Assembly (NCBI GenBank): GCA_963711565.1
Contig: CAVQEQ010000004.1
Coordinates: 288,001-352,000, forward strand
Direction: 5' to 3'
Origin: an uncultured delta proteobacterium
GTDB taxonomy: Bacteria > Desulfobacterota > Binatia > Binatales > Binataceae
Length of the DNA stretch: 64,000 bases
The notes below the pieces were generated by a model. It had not been told where the DNA came from and did no database searches. It saw only the letters and a list, made by a program, of their open reading frames with translations. Shown one piece after another: positions 44,857 through 53,730 of this stretch. The position numbers and the translations under genes were made by a program. Positions within the stretch are counted from its first letter, which is position 1. The number at the start of each line of letters is the position of its first letter.

Positions 44857-47736
44857 ATGAATCGAGACGACCGCAAGCCTCGCAAGCCACCCGGTATCAG
44901 CCGTCGCTCATTCATCAAGGGCGCCGGTGCGGTCGCTGCCGCCGCCGGTCTGGTGCGGGTGCGGCCCGCGTCCGCCGACGAGAAGCTGCTTCCCGTTGGC
45001 GTCGTCGAGCAACTTGGCCCCAACGCTTCGACGATCGAACTGAATATCAACGGCAAGACGGCGACGCTCGAAATCGAGCCGCGCGTCACTCTACTGCGCG
45101 CGCTGCGCGAACATCTCGGACTGACAGGCACGAAGCTCGTATGCGATCGCGGCGCGTGCGGCGCATGCACCGTGCATCTCGACAGCAAACCCGTCACCTC
45201 GTGCATGGTGCTGGCGATCGACGCGCGCGGACACCAGGTCACGACGATTGAAGGGCTCGGCACGCCCTCCAATATGCATCCGGTGCAGGCTGCATTCGTC
45301 GAAGAGGATGCGCAGCAGTGCGGTTTCTGCACGCCTGGGATGGTGATGTCGGTCGCCGCCGCGCTCGAGCGCAATCCGTCCGCGACGACCGACGAAATCA
45401 AGCGCGCGACCGCCGGCAACACCTGCCGATGCGGTACTTACCCGCACGTCTTCGCGGCCGCGCTCAAAGCCGCCCGGCCCGAAACCGCCAAATCCGCGCG
45501 TGCCACCGCCGCGACGAAGGACGTTCTGATGTCGCGACGCGTCACCCTCAACCTCGGCTTCCAGGGCAACACTCAAGACGTAACCGTCGTCATCCCCGAC
45601 GACGAGCCGACTCCGTGGGATTGGGGCGACCGCCTGTCCGTCGTTGGCAAGCCCACCCCGCGCGTCGATGGACCCCTGAAGGCGACCGGTGCCGCGCACT
45701 ACACCTACGATATCGAATTGCCCGGCATGCTCTACGGCGCGATCCTGCGCAGCCCCTGGCCGCACGCGCGGATTCGCGACATCGATCTGTCCGCCGCGCA
45801 GCATCTTGCCGGCGTGCGCGCCGTGCTTGCGCTTGACGATCGTGAAGTCCGCTTCGCCGGACAGGAAGTCGCCGCCGTCGCCGCGCTCAGTTCCGACATC
45901 GCCGCCGACGCGCTCAAGTTGATCAAGGTTGATTACGAAACCCTGCCGTTCGTGGTCGATATGGACGCGGCGATGGCGGATTCCGCGCCGCGCGTCTTCG
46001 GAATCGGTTCCAACGTCGGCAAGACTTCGAAGTCGAGCATCGGCGACGTGCCGCGCGGCCTCGAGGTCGCTACGAACACGATCGAGGCCACCTACACGAC
46101 CGCTGTGCAGACCCATGTATGCCTCGAGACGCACGGCGCGGTCGCGAGCTTCAACGCGGCCGGCGACCAGCTAACCGTCTGGTGCTCGACCCAGGGCGTC
46201 TTTTCCGCGCGCGACGATCTGGCAGTGTACTTCAGCCTGCCGCCCGACAGCGTGCGCGTCGTCTGCGAGTACCTTGGCGGCGGCTTCGGCTCGAAATTCG
46301 GCGCGACTCCGGAAATGATCATCGCCGCGCGGCTGGCCAGGGCGGCCAGCGTGCCGGTCAAGGTAATGCTTCCGCGCGGTGACGAGAGTCGCTCGACAGG
46401 CAACCGTCCGAACTCGGAGCAAAAGGTCAAGCTCGGCGTCGATCGCGACGGCAAGCTGACCGCGATTGATCTCGTGACGCGCGGCAGCGGCGGGATTGGC
46501 GGCGGTGCGAGCAGCGGCGGCCCGTTCAAGTCAATTTACAAATGCGCGAATATCCGGATTCAGGAAACCAACATCTATACGAACGCGGGACCGTCGTCAC
46601 CGATGCGCGCGCCCGGATGGCCGCAGGGATGCTTCGTGCTGGAACTCGCGATGGACGAGATGGCGCGCAAGGCTGGAATCGATCGCCTCGAGTTCCGCCG
46701 CCGCAACAGCGACAATCCGGTGCGCGCAGCCGAATACGAAATCGGCGCGCGCGCGTTCGGATGGGCCGAAAAAAACGAGACGGCGAAATCGAGTGGACCG
46801 ATCAAGCGCGGCGTCGGCGTCGCGTCCGCCGAATGGCACGCGGTCGGAGTGTCGGGCCCCGAGGCGCAGGTGATCGCGCATCGCGACGGCAGCGTCGAGG
46901 TCCGCGTCGGCACGCAGGATATCGGCACCGGCACGCGCACGGTCCTCGCGATCATCGCGGCCGAGGAACTCGGCTTGCCGGTGAGCCGCGTGAAATCGGA
47001 AATCGGCGATACGCGATTTCTTTTTTCAGTGCCGAGCGGCGGCAGTCTCAGCGCGCCGTCCAATTCGCCCGCTGTGCGCCAGGCCGCGGCGCATCTCAAG
47101 GACAAGCTGTTTCGGATCGCCGCGCCGATGCTTGGCGCCGAACCCAGCGACCTCGAAGCTGCCAACGAAACGATCCGCGTGCGCACTAATCCTTCGCGCG
47201 CGATTGCATTCACCGACGTGTGCAGGCGAATTCCCGGCGATTCGATTTCCGCGCAGGGCGAGCGCGTCCCCAACTACGGCGGCTTTCGCACCGACCAGGC
47301 CGGATGCCAGTTCGCCGAAGTCGAAGTCGATACCGAGACCGGAATCGTGCGCGTTACACACGTCGTCGCCGTGCACGACGCTGGCCGCATCGTCGATCCG
47401 CTGACTGCGCGCAGCCAGGTCAATGGCGGCATCCTGATGGGAATCGGCTACGCGCTGTTCGAGGATCGCCGGATGGACCCGGAGCTCGGCATCATGGTGA
47501 ATCCGACGATGGACGACTACAAGCTGCTCGGCGCACTCGACGTGCCGCAAATCGACGTGACGTTCTTCGAGGTCGCCAACGGGATCACGAATACCGGCGT
47601 GATGGGCCTCGGCGAAGTGTCGCACGTCGCCAGCACGGCCGCGGTCGCATGCGCAGTGTACAACGCGATCGGCGTGCCTGTGCGTTCGCTGCCGATGACG
47701 CCGGATCGCGTGCTCGCGGCCCTGGGGCACGCGTGA
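44857..47736 (+). CDS. Tat-exported xanthine dehydrogenase-family aldehyde oxidoreductase, fused 2Fe-2S + molybdopterin subunits (PaoA/PaoC-like)
   Basis: SRRSFIK Tat motif; CDRGACGAC, QCGFC, CRC; GGGFGSK, MRAPG, QDIGTG, GLGE. Confidence 0.9.
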   Translation: MNRDDRKPRKPPGISRRSFIKGAGAVAAAAGLVRVRPASADEKLLPVGVVEQLGPNASTIELNINGKTATLEIEPRVTLLRALREHLGLTGTKLVCDRGACGACTVHLDSKPVTSCMVLAIDARGHQVTTIEGLGTPSNMHPVQAAFVEEDAQQCGFCTPGMVMSVAAALERNPSATTDEIKRATAGNTCRCGTYPHVFAAALKAARPETAKSARATAATKDVLMSRRVTLNLGFQGNTQDVTVVIPDDEPTPWDWGDRLSVVGKPTPRVDGPLKATGAAHYTYDIELPGMLYGAILRSPWPHARIRDIDLSAAQHLAGVRAVLALDDREVRFAGQEVAAVAALSSDIAADALKLIKVDYETLPFVVDMDAAMADSAPRVFGIGSNVGKTSKSSIGDVPRGLEVATNTIEATYTTAVQTHVCLETHGAVASFNAAGDQLTVWCSTQGVFSARDDLAVYFSLPPDSVRVVCEYLGGGFGSKFGATPEMIIAARLARAASVPVKVMLPRGDESRSTGNRPNSEQKVKLGVDRDGKLTAIDLVTRGSGGIGGGASSGGPFKSIYKCANIRIQETNIYTNAGPSSPMRAPGWPQGCFVLELAMDEMARKAGIDRLEFRRRNSDNPVRAAEYEIGARAFGWAEKNETAKSSGPIKRGVGVASAEWHAVGVSGPEAQVIAHRDGSVEVRVGTQDIGTGTRTVLAIIAAEELGLPVSRVKSEIGDTRFLFSVPSGGSLSAPSNSPAVRQAAAHLKDKLFRIAAPMLGAEPSDLEAANETIRVRTNPSRAIAFTDVCRRIPGDSISAQGERVPNYGGFRTDQAGCQFAEVEVDTETGIVRVTHVVAVHDAGRIVDPLTARSQVNGGILMGIGYALFEDRRMDPELGIMVNPTMDDYKLLGALDVPQIDVTFFEVANGITNTGVMGLGEVSHVASTAAVACAVYNAIGVPVRSLPMTPDRVLAALGHA

Positions 47737-47752
47737 AGGATTCGGAACCGCG

Positions 47753-48745
47753 ATGAACCGATTCGAAGTGATTACGCCCGCCGACGTTGCAATCGCGTCG
47801 CGCTTACTTGCCGAGAACGGCAACGTCGCGTTCGCGGGCGGTGTCGACGTGATCGATCTGTCGAAGCAAAATATCGTATCGCCGGCCGCACTGGTGAATC
47901 TCAAGGGCCTGAAAGAACTCGACGGAATCGAGCTGCGCCCGTCGGGCGATCTTCGACTCGGCGCGACGGTCAAGCTAAGCGAAGTCAGTGAGCATCCCGC
48001 GATTCGCGCGCGCTTCACCGCGATTGCCGAGGCTGCCGGCGAAGCGGCGACGCCGCAGATTCGCAATCTCGGCACGGTCGGTGGGAATATCCTGCAGCGC
48101 CCGCGATGCTGGTACTTCCGCAATCCCGACGTGAATTGCCTGAAGAAGGGCGGCGACACCTGCTACTCGATCGGCGGCCTCAATCGCTATCACGCGATTC
48201 TCGGCGGCGGCCCGTCGTTCATCGTGCATCCGTCAAATCTCGCGCCCGCGCTGATCGCGATGCGTGCGAGCGCGACGATCGTCGGCCCAAGTGGACAGCG
48301 CAGCGTCGAGCTCGAAAAATTCTTCACACTGCCCGCCGTCGATCCGAAGCGCGAAAATTCTCTCAAGCCCGGCGAGATAATCACCGAAGTGATCGTGCCC
48401 GCGCCGTCTGCTGGCGCGCGCAGCCATTACCTCGAGGCGCGCGAGAAGCAGAGCTTCGACTGGCCGCTGGTCAGCGTCGCGATCGTCCTCGATCGCGCGC
48501 CCGGTGCGAACACTGTCCGCGATGCGCGCGTCGTCATGGGTGCGGTCGCTCCAATCCCGTGGCGATCGCCCGAGGCCGAAGCCGCGCTCAAGAGCGGGCC
48601 GCTCGACGAGTCGCGCGCGCGTGCCGCCGCCGAGGCCGCGCTAAAGGACGCACAGCCGATGTCCGACAACGCGTACAAGGTGGTGATTGCGAAGGTGATC
48701 GTGCGCCGCGCGATCATGAGTGCCGCCGGATTGGAGGCTGCCTGA
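47753..48745 (+). CDS. FAD-binding subunit (PaoB/YagS-like, with 4Fe-4S insert)
   Basis: AGGVD, QIRNLGTVGGN, RPRCWYFR...CLKKGG.TC. Confidence 0.92.
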   Translation: MNRFEVITPADVAIASRLLAENGNVAFAGGVDVIDLSKQNIVSPAALVNLKGLKELDGIELRPSGDLRLGATVKLSEVSEHPAIRARFTAIAEAAGEAATPQIRNLGTVGGNILQRPRCWYFRNPDVNCLKKGGDTCYSIGGLNRYHAILGGGPSFIVHPSNLAPALIAMRASATIVGPSGQRSVELEKFFTLPAVDPKRENSLKPGEIITEVIVPAPSAGARSHYLEAREKQSFDWPLVSVAIVLDRAPGANTVRDARVVMGAVAPIPWRSPEAEAALKSGPLDESRARAAAEAALKDAQPMSDNAYKVVIAKVIVRRAIMSAAGLEAA

Positions 48746-48746
48746 T

Positions 48747-48944
48747 ATGCCGTCGCCATTCTGCGCGCTGCTGCGCACCAAGACCGCGTACTGCCGCACG
48801 CCCGACGGCGATCGCATCTTCAAGCCCGACGATGCGGCCGCGTGTTACACGTGCCTCAAGACGCAGCGGCCGGTCGGACCCGACGGGCATCCCGTCGATG
48901 CGCAATTCTGCGGAACGGATCGGGGATGCTTCGAGCAGGAATAA
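48747..48944 (+). CDS. 65-aa 6-Cys hypothetical protein
   Basis: Starts 1 nt after FAD subunit stop; CALLRTK...CYTCLKT...GPDG...C...RGCF. Confidence 0.7.
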   Translation: MPSPFCALLRTKTAYCRTPDGDRIFKPDDAAACYTCLKTQRPVGPDGHPVDAQFCGTDRGCFEQE

Positions 48945-48968
48945 TAATTCGCAGGAGGACCGACAGCG

Positions 48969-49628
48969 ATGAGCGAGAATGCGGACGAATACGGTCCGGT
49001 CGCGACGCGGATGATCTTCGACAACGACAACGTCCGCGTGTGGGAGATGGACCTCGCGCCCGGTGCGGTCTGCGGGCTGCATCATCACACGATGGACTAC
49101 GTGCTGTTCATCCTGTCGGGCGCGAACGTCGGCGCGCAGTCGCCGGGCGGCCGCAAGATGATGCCGTTTCCGGTGAAGGCCCGCGCTACCTATTTCGTGC
49201 CGGCCGGAGGAATCGAGAGCGCGCACAACATGGGCGACACGCGATTTTTCGAGGCGTTGTTCGAACTCAAGCGGCCGGCGAAACCGGGACGCGATAAGCT
49301 GGGCTTCGTCGGATGCGAGGCGGTCGCCGGCAAAGAGCCCGAGCCCGGCACGATCACGATTCTCGACAACGCGCGCGTCCGCGTTTCCGAAACCACGCTC
49401 GCGCCCGGCGGCCAAACCGGCGTGCGGCGATGGTCGCATGATACTGCGATGTACGTCGCCGAAGGCGGTCCGCTGAAGATCGTCGAGCGCGCCGACGACG
49501 GCGATGAGCGCTCGCGCGAGCAATCGCTTTCGGCGGGAAGCGTGCTATGGTGCCCGAAAGGTACGCATCGAGGCATCGTCAACCTCGGAACAGAACGCTA
49601 CCGCCAAATCGCTGTCGAGCTAAAATGA
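48969..49628 (+). CDS. tandem cupin-domain protein
   Basis: Duplicated DN..VRV.E..LAPG; HHH in first domain; GGAGG RBS. Confidence 0.8.
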   Translation: MSENADEYGPVATRMIFDNDNVRVWEMDLAPGAVCGLHHHTMDYVLFILSGANVGAQSPGGRKMMPFPVKARATYFVPAGGIESAHNMGDTRFFEALFELKRPAKPGRDKLGFVGCEAVAGKEPEPGTITILDNARVRVSETTLAPGGQTGVRRWSHDTAMYVAEGGPLKIVERADDGDERSREQSLSAGSVLWCPKGTHRGIVNLGTERYRQIAVELK

Positions 49629-49658
49629 GGCGGTCGAGTTAAAGTGATACTTTAGAAT

Positions 49659-50951
49659 ATGAAAAAACCGTACGGACTCCGCCTGCCGCTGTCCGTCATC
49701 GCAGCTTTTTTCGCGCTGACATTTCCACTCACCCCCGCTCATGCCCAGGTCAAGCCCGGCGATCACATCACGGCCAAGACCGCCGAGCAGGTCCGCGCGC
49801 TCGTCAGTCCGGGGACGTTTATCGCAGTCTCCAGGGGCATGGAGATGAACATCGTCGCGCCGGGCCGCGTCACCTGGCCGCCGCCGTTCCAGGATGCGAC
49901 CGAAAAATATTCGGGCCAGGTGCGCCTCGCCCCCGACCATCGCGATCTCCTCGGCTACGTCGCCGGGCAGCCGTTCCCGCTGCTCGATCCCAACGATCCC
50001 GACATCGCGACCAAGATCATGTGGAACCAGTACTTCAAGCCGATCTCGAGTGACGACTACGACTTGCGCTTTTTCGAATGCCAGGTGGCGAAGCAAAATC
50101 CCGGTGCGGAACAGTCGCTGATGACCTTGACCGAGGTCGGCCATCTGGCCGGCTACTCTGACATCGGACGCACCGAGGTCGAACCGATGCCCGAAGATCC
50201 CGATTTCAAGGCTACCGGTATTTGGTCGCGCGCCGGTGCCTATCCCACCCTCGCGCCTGCCGAAGATCGCGGCAGCGGTGCGATCCTCTATCGTTACTGG
50301 GACGCGATGAAGGCCGACGACACGTGGGCATTCCTGGCGGGAACGCGTCGCGTGCGCCGGGTCAACGAAGTGATGCTGAGTTCATCGCCAGGACTTTCAA
50401 CCTGGGACGCCGATCACGCCGGTGGATTTGGCGCCAAGCCGCAGGAGTACAATTTCAAATATCTCGGCGACAAGAACATGCTCGCATGCGTTCATGCCGA
50501 GAACTCGCCCGCGCAACCGTGCAAGACTGACGGCGGCGCAACGTCATGCCCTGACGATTGGGAGATGCGCCATCTCTACGTAGTCGAAGTGACTCCGCGC
50601 CCGGAAAGAATCTCGGGCGTGCTGCAGTCGAAGACGATCGTCTACGTTGACGGCGAGGGATGGTTCAATCCGTACGTCGATAGCTACGATCAGAAGGGCG
50701 AGTTGTGGAAGACGCAGATTTATCTGAACACCTATCGCGATCGCCCGGTGCCCGACGCCAAGATTGCGGTCTATCCGTTCAAGCGTGAGTTCATCGTCGC
50801 CGCCTCGAGCATCGACGTACAATCCGGCGTCTCGACAACCTGCTACCTCCCCGGCCCCGACACCCCCGAGCGCGAATGCTGGTACATAAACATGGGCGCC
50901 GTCGATAAGAGCTTCTTCACAACCGAGGCACTAACCAAAGCGGGCCACTGA
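49659..50951 (+). CDS. DUF1329 periplasmic protein
   Basis: Signal peptide; G.PFP..DP.DP, KIMWN, RRVRR, YDQKGELWK. Confidence 0.8.
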   Translation: MKKPYGLRLPLSVIAAFFALTFPLTPAHAQVKPGDHITAKTAEQVRALVSPGTFIAVSRGMEMNIVAPGRVTWPPPFQDATEKYSGQVRLAPDHRDLLGYVAGQPFPLLDPNDPDIATKIMWNQYFKPISSDDYDLRFFECQVAKQNPGAEQSLMTLTEVGHLAGYSDIGRTEVEPMPEDPDFKATGIWSRAGAYPTLAPAEDRGSGAILYRYWDAMKADDTWAFLAGTRRVRRVNEVMLSSSPGLSTWDADHAGGFGAKPQEYNFKYLGDKNMLACVHAENSPAQPCKTDGGATSCPDDWEMRHLYVVEVTPRPERISGVLQSKTIVYVDGEGWFNPYVDSYDQKGELWKTQIYLNTYRDRPVPDAKIAVYPFKREFIVAASSIDVQSGVSTTCYLPGPDTPERECWYINMGAVDKSFFTTEALTKAGH

Positions 50952-50964
50952 TCCCTTGGCCTGA

Positions 50965-51035
50965 GTAGGACGAAATTTATTTCGTCGATTCCGTATTTCT
51001 TACGGCAGACACTGACGGAATAAATTCCGTCCTAC
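50965..51035. repeat. GTAG-type REP doublet (REPIN-like)
   Basis: GTAGGACGAAATTTATTTCGTC ... GACGGAATAAATTCCGTCCTAC. Confidence 0.85.
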
Positions 51036-52297
51036 TTAATCGCCAGCGCGTTCGGCGGCGATCCCACTCCTCCCGGTATGTTGAGCGGCGCCAACGTCAG
51101 GAAGAAATCGTAGTCGCCGTCGGCGGCGCAATCGTCCGCCAGCCCTTCGAGATTCCACATCTCGCCGATCGGCATCCCGAAGAACGCGAGCATGTGGAAA
51201 TGTAGAAACTCCGCTTCTTCGCCCGCCGGTTTCGGCAAGGCCTCGAGCGCCGGCGAATCCGACGCGACCGCCGCCAGGTGATTGTTCCACAGCCATCGCG
51301 CCGTGCGCTCGCTGCCTTCGATTCCGGGGACTACGGTCTCCTTGGCCAGCTCCGCCTTAATCTCGTGGCTCGCCGACAGGTAAAACTTCGTCCATCCGAT
51401 GCGAATCAGCAGGATGTCGCCGGCCTGCAGCTCGACGCCTTCATCTTCGAGCGCGGCCTGCACGTCTTCGAGCGGAATCGACTCGGCCGTGGTGAAATTG
51501 ATCGATTTGCCGACGCGTTCATGATATCGCGCCACGTCCGCGAGCACTCCGCGCCCCGCGATTCCGCGCCGCGCCAGGTTGTCGATCCCCAGCCGCATCC
51601 CGCCGCGCCCGGTCATTTCTTTGTCGGGAATCCCGTTGTACGCCCCATGCACCGGATGCTTTACGTGCGCGAGCGCGTCCCATTGCGACGACGCTTGCGG
51701 ATAGAAGTTGTCCAGGAAGTCGTCGAGCACGAATTCCGCATTCGGGAAAATCTTGATGGTGTGCGTATGCTTGCCGCGGGTGAACAGCGGCGGGTCGGGG
51801 ATGTTGATCGGTAGATTGAGCGCGAACACTTTGCCGGTCCGAATCGACGAGGTCGCCGCGACCACGCGCTCCGGCGTCAGCAGGTTGATCGTGCCGACTT
51901 CGTCGTCGTCGCCGAACACTCCCCACGCCGCGCCCGCCGGCGCGCCTTTCCGCACCGGCAGCTCGTCGTAGCTGGGGAGCTTTGATGGGGGCGAGATGGC
52001 CTCGCGCACTGCGCGGGTGGCCCGCGCCGCGATTTCACCGACTTTTCGCACCGCCGCCCGCTCCATCCGTCCGATTGAGCTCTCGAGATCGACGGATGCG
52101 CGCGTGGATGCCGTCACAACCTCGGCAACCTTGCGTTCTATCTTCCTGGAAACCTTCTTCGGCGCCGGCTTCGCGGCCTTGACCGCGACCGCGCGCTTGA
52201 CGCCCTTGGATACGGCCTTTTTTCCCTTGACCGCTTTGGGAGCGACTTTGCGCGCCTTGGGCGCCGCTTTCCTGACTTTCTTTTTGGACTTGGCCAC
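51032..52297 (-). CDS. cyclase (kynurenine formamidase-like) family protein with Lys/Ala-rich N-terminal extension
   Basis: WG..DEVGTINLL, SQWDALAH, GDILLIRIG, GEMWNL, GSPPN. Confidence 0.85.
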   Translation of the reverse strand: MAKSKKKVRKAAPKARKVAPKAVKGKKAVSKGVKRAVAVKAAKPAPKKVSRKIERKVAEVVTASTRASVDLESSIGRMERAAVRKVGEIAARATRAVREAISPPSKLPSYDELPVRKGAPAGAAWGVFGDDDEVGTINLLTPERVVAATSSIRTGKVFALNLPINIPDPPLFTRGKHTHTIKIFPNAEFVLDDFLDNFYPQASSQWDALAHVKHPVHGAYNGIPDKEMTGRGGMRLGIDNLARRGIAGRGVLADVARYHERVGKSINFTTAESIPLEDVQAALEDEGVELQAGDILLIRIGWTKFYLSASHEIKAELAKETVVPGIEGSERTARWLWNNHLAAVASDSPALEALPKPAGEEAEFLHFHMLAFFGMPIGEMWNLEGLADDCAADGDYDFFLTLAPLNIPGGVGSPPNALAIK

Positions 52298-52331
52298 CGG
52301 CTAGTACCTCCTCACAATGGGCGGGAATAAA

Positions 52332-52355
52332 GTGGGGCGGGCCGCCGTGCCCGCC
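52332..52355 (+). repeat. possible single GTRG-type REP hairpin
   Basis: GTGGGGCGGGC-CGCCGT-GCCCGCC. Confidence 0.4.
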
Positions 52356-52454
52356 ATCGCATCCTCTCATTAACAGACCGCCCGCCAATGGCAAGAGTGA
52401 TTTCAAGCCCATTAGCGGTCCGCTCCGCGACCCTCAATTAACGGCATTTCGGCC

Positions 52455-52483
52455 TTGAGGCCGGATACTCACGATGGTACTAT
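52455..52483 (+). promoter_or_regulatory. putative sigma70 promoter of rpsF operon
   Basis: TTGAGG-N17-TACTAT with extended -10 TG. Confidence 0.55.
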
Positions 52484-52485
52484 GC

Positions 52486-52532
52486 GGGATTGCTCCTTGC
52501 TCCAACCTGGGGCTGCAATCCGTAAGGAGGAC
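52486..52532 (+). promoter_or_regulatory. S6:S18 autoregulatory leader-like RNA
   Basis: GATTGC/GCAATC stem enclosing TCCTTGC, next to GGGAGG SD upstream of rpsF. Confidence 0.65.
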
Positions 52533-52543
52533 TCAGCACGCGC

Positions 52544-53041
52544 ATGCGGCGCTACGAAACTATTTTTATTCTCCGCCCTGATTCGGGCGACCCCCAAATC
52601 AAGGAAGCGATCAAACGCTATGAAGGGATCATCGCCGCCGGCGCCGGCGAGATGATCGAAACCGAGGAGTGGGGCTCGCGCGAACTCGCCTACAAGATCA
52701 AGGGCGAGCGCCGCGGCTTCTACGTGCGTCTCGACTACGTTTCGCCCGGCCCCGTGATGAACGAGGTCGAGCGCAATCTGCGCATCTCCGACGCTGTCCT
52801 TCGTTACCTGTCGGTCCTCGTTGACGACAACGCCGACGTGGCGAAGGCCCGCGAGGAACTCGAAGCGCGCAACCGCCGTATCGCGGAGGCCAAGGCCGCG
52901 CAGGAAGCGCGTGCAGCCGCCCTGATGGCGTCGCGCGAGGAGCGCGTCGAGGCCGAGGAAGCGCCCGACGCTCCCGAAGAGATAATGGAAGCGGCGGTCA
53001 ACGAAATCGCCGGGCCCGAAGGTGACAGGGAACCGGATTGA
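52544..53041 (+). CDS. rpsF: 30S ribosomal protein S6
   Basis: MRRYETIFILRPD, WG.R.LAY.I, VLRYL. Confidence 0.96.
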   Translation: MRRYETIFILRPDSGDPQIKEAIKRYEGIIAAGAGEMIETEEWGSRELAYKIKGERRGFYVRLDYVSPGPVMNEVERNLRISDAVLRYLSVLVDDNADVAKAREELEARNRRIAEAKAAQEARAAALMASREERVEAEEAPDAPEEIMEAAVNEIAGPEGDREPD

Positions 53042-53300
53042 GCTCGAAGGCCGGCTGCTCGCCCAGCCCGAAGTTCGCGTCACTCCCGCAGGCACGCCCG
53101 TCCTCCGCTTCACGGTCGAATGCGGCGCGCCGGGCGAGGAATTGAGGCTCGTGATCGTGATGACCGGAGAACCGGCAATCACGGCAAAACCGCTCCTGGA
53201 GCCGGGTCGGCAGGTTAAGGTGATCGGAAGGCTAAGAGCCCTCAAGGGCAACTTGAAGACCGCCGTGGGATTTGAAGTCGTAGCCGAGTTGATTGAGTGA
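53022..53300 (+). CDS. priB: minimal OB-fold ssDNA-binding protein, PriB-like
   Basis: NRIELEG...R.TPAG.P; no acidic SSB tail; between rpsF and rpsR. Confidence 0.65.
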   Translation: MTGNRIELEGRLLAQPEVRVTPAGTPVLRFTVECGAPGEELRLVIVMTGEPAITAKPLLEPGRQVKVIGRLRALKGNLKTAVGFEVVAELIE

Positions 53301-53354
53301 AGCGACGAGATAGTAAAACTTTAGACCAGGTAATGTACCCAGGGAATATAATCG

Positions 53355-53717
53355 ATGGCTGACGAGGAAAGATCAGAAAGAGGCGGCGACCGGCCGCGCG
53401 AGGGCGGCGGCGGACGCTACGGCGGCCCGCGCCCCGAGGGCGATCGCGGCGAGGGCCGCGGTGGCGAGGGTCGCGGCGGCGGGATGCGTCGTGGGCGGCC
53501 GGGCGGACGCCGCAAAGTATGCCGCTTCTGCGCCGACAAGACGCTCAAGGTCGACTACAAGGACGTGCGCACGCTCGGCAGCTTCATCACCGAGGGCGGC
53601 AAGATAGTGCCCAGCCGAACCTCGGGCAATTGCGCCAAGCACCAGCGCCAACTTGCCGTCGCGATCAAGCGCGCGCGCGTGCTGGCGCTGCTGCCGTTCT
53701 CGACGCTCGGAGTCTAG
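53355..53717 (+). CDS. rpsR: 30S ribosomal protein S18 (Zn-binding type)
   Basis: CRFC, DYKD, GKIVP.R, CAKHQR, AIKRAR. Confidence 0.96.
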   Translation: MADEERSERGGDRPREGGGGRYGGPRPEGDRGEGRGGEGRGGGMRRGRPGGRRKVCRFCADKTLKVDYKDVRTLGSFITEGGKIVPSRTSGNCAKHQRQLAVAIKRARVLALLPFSTLGV

Positions 53718-53730
53718 CCGGCTAAATCCA

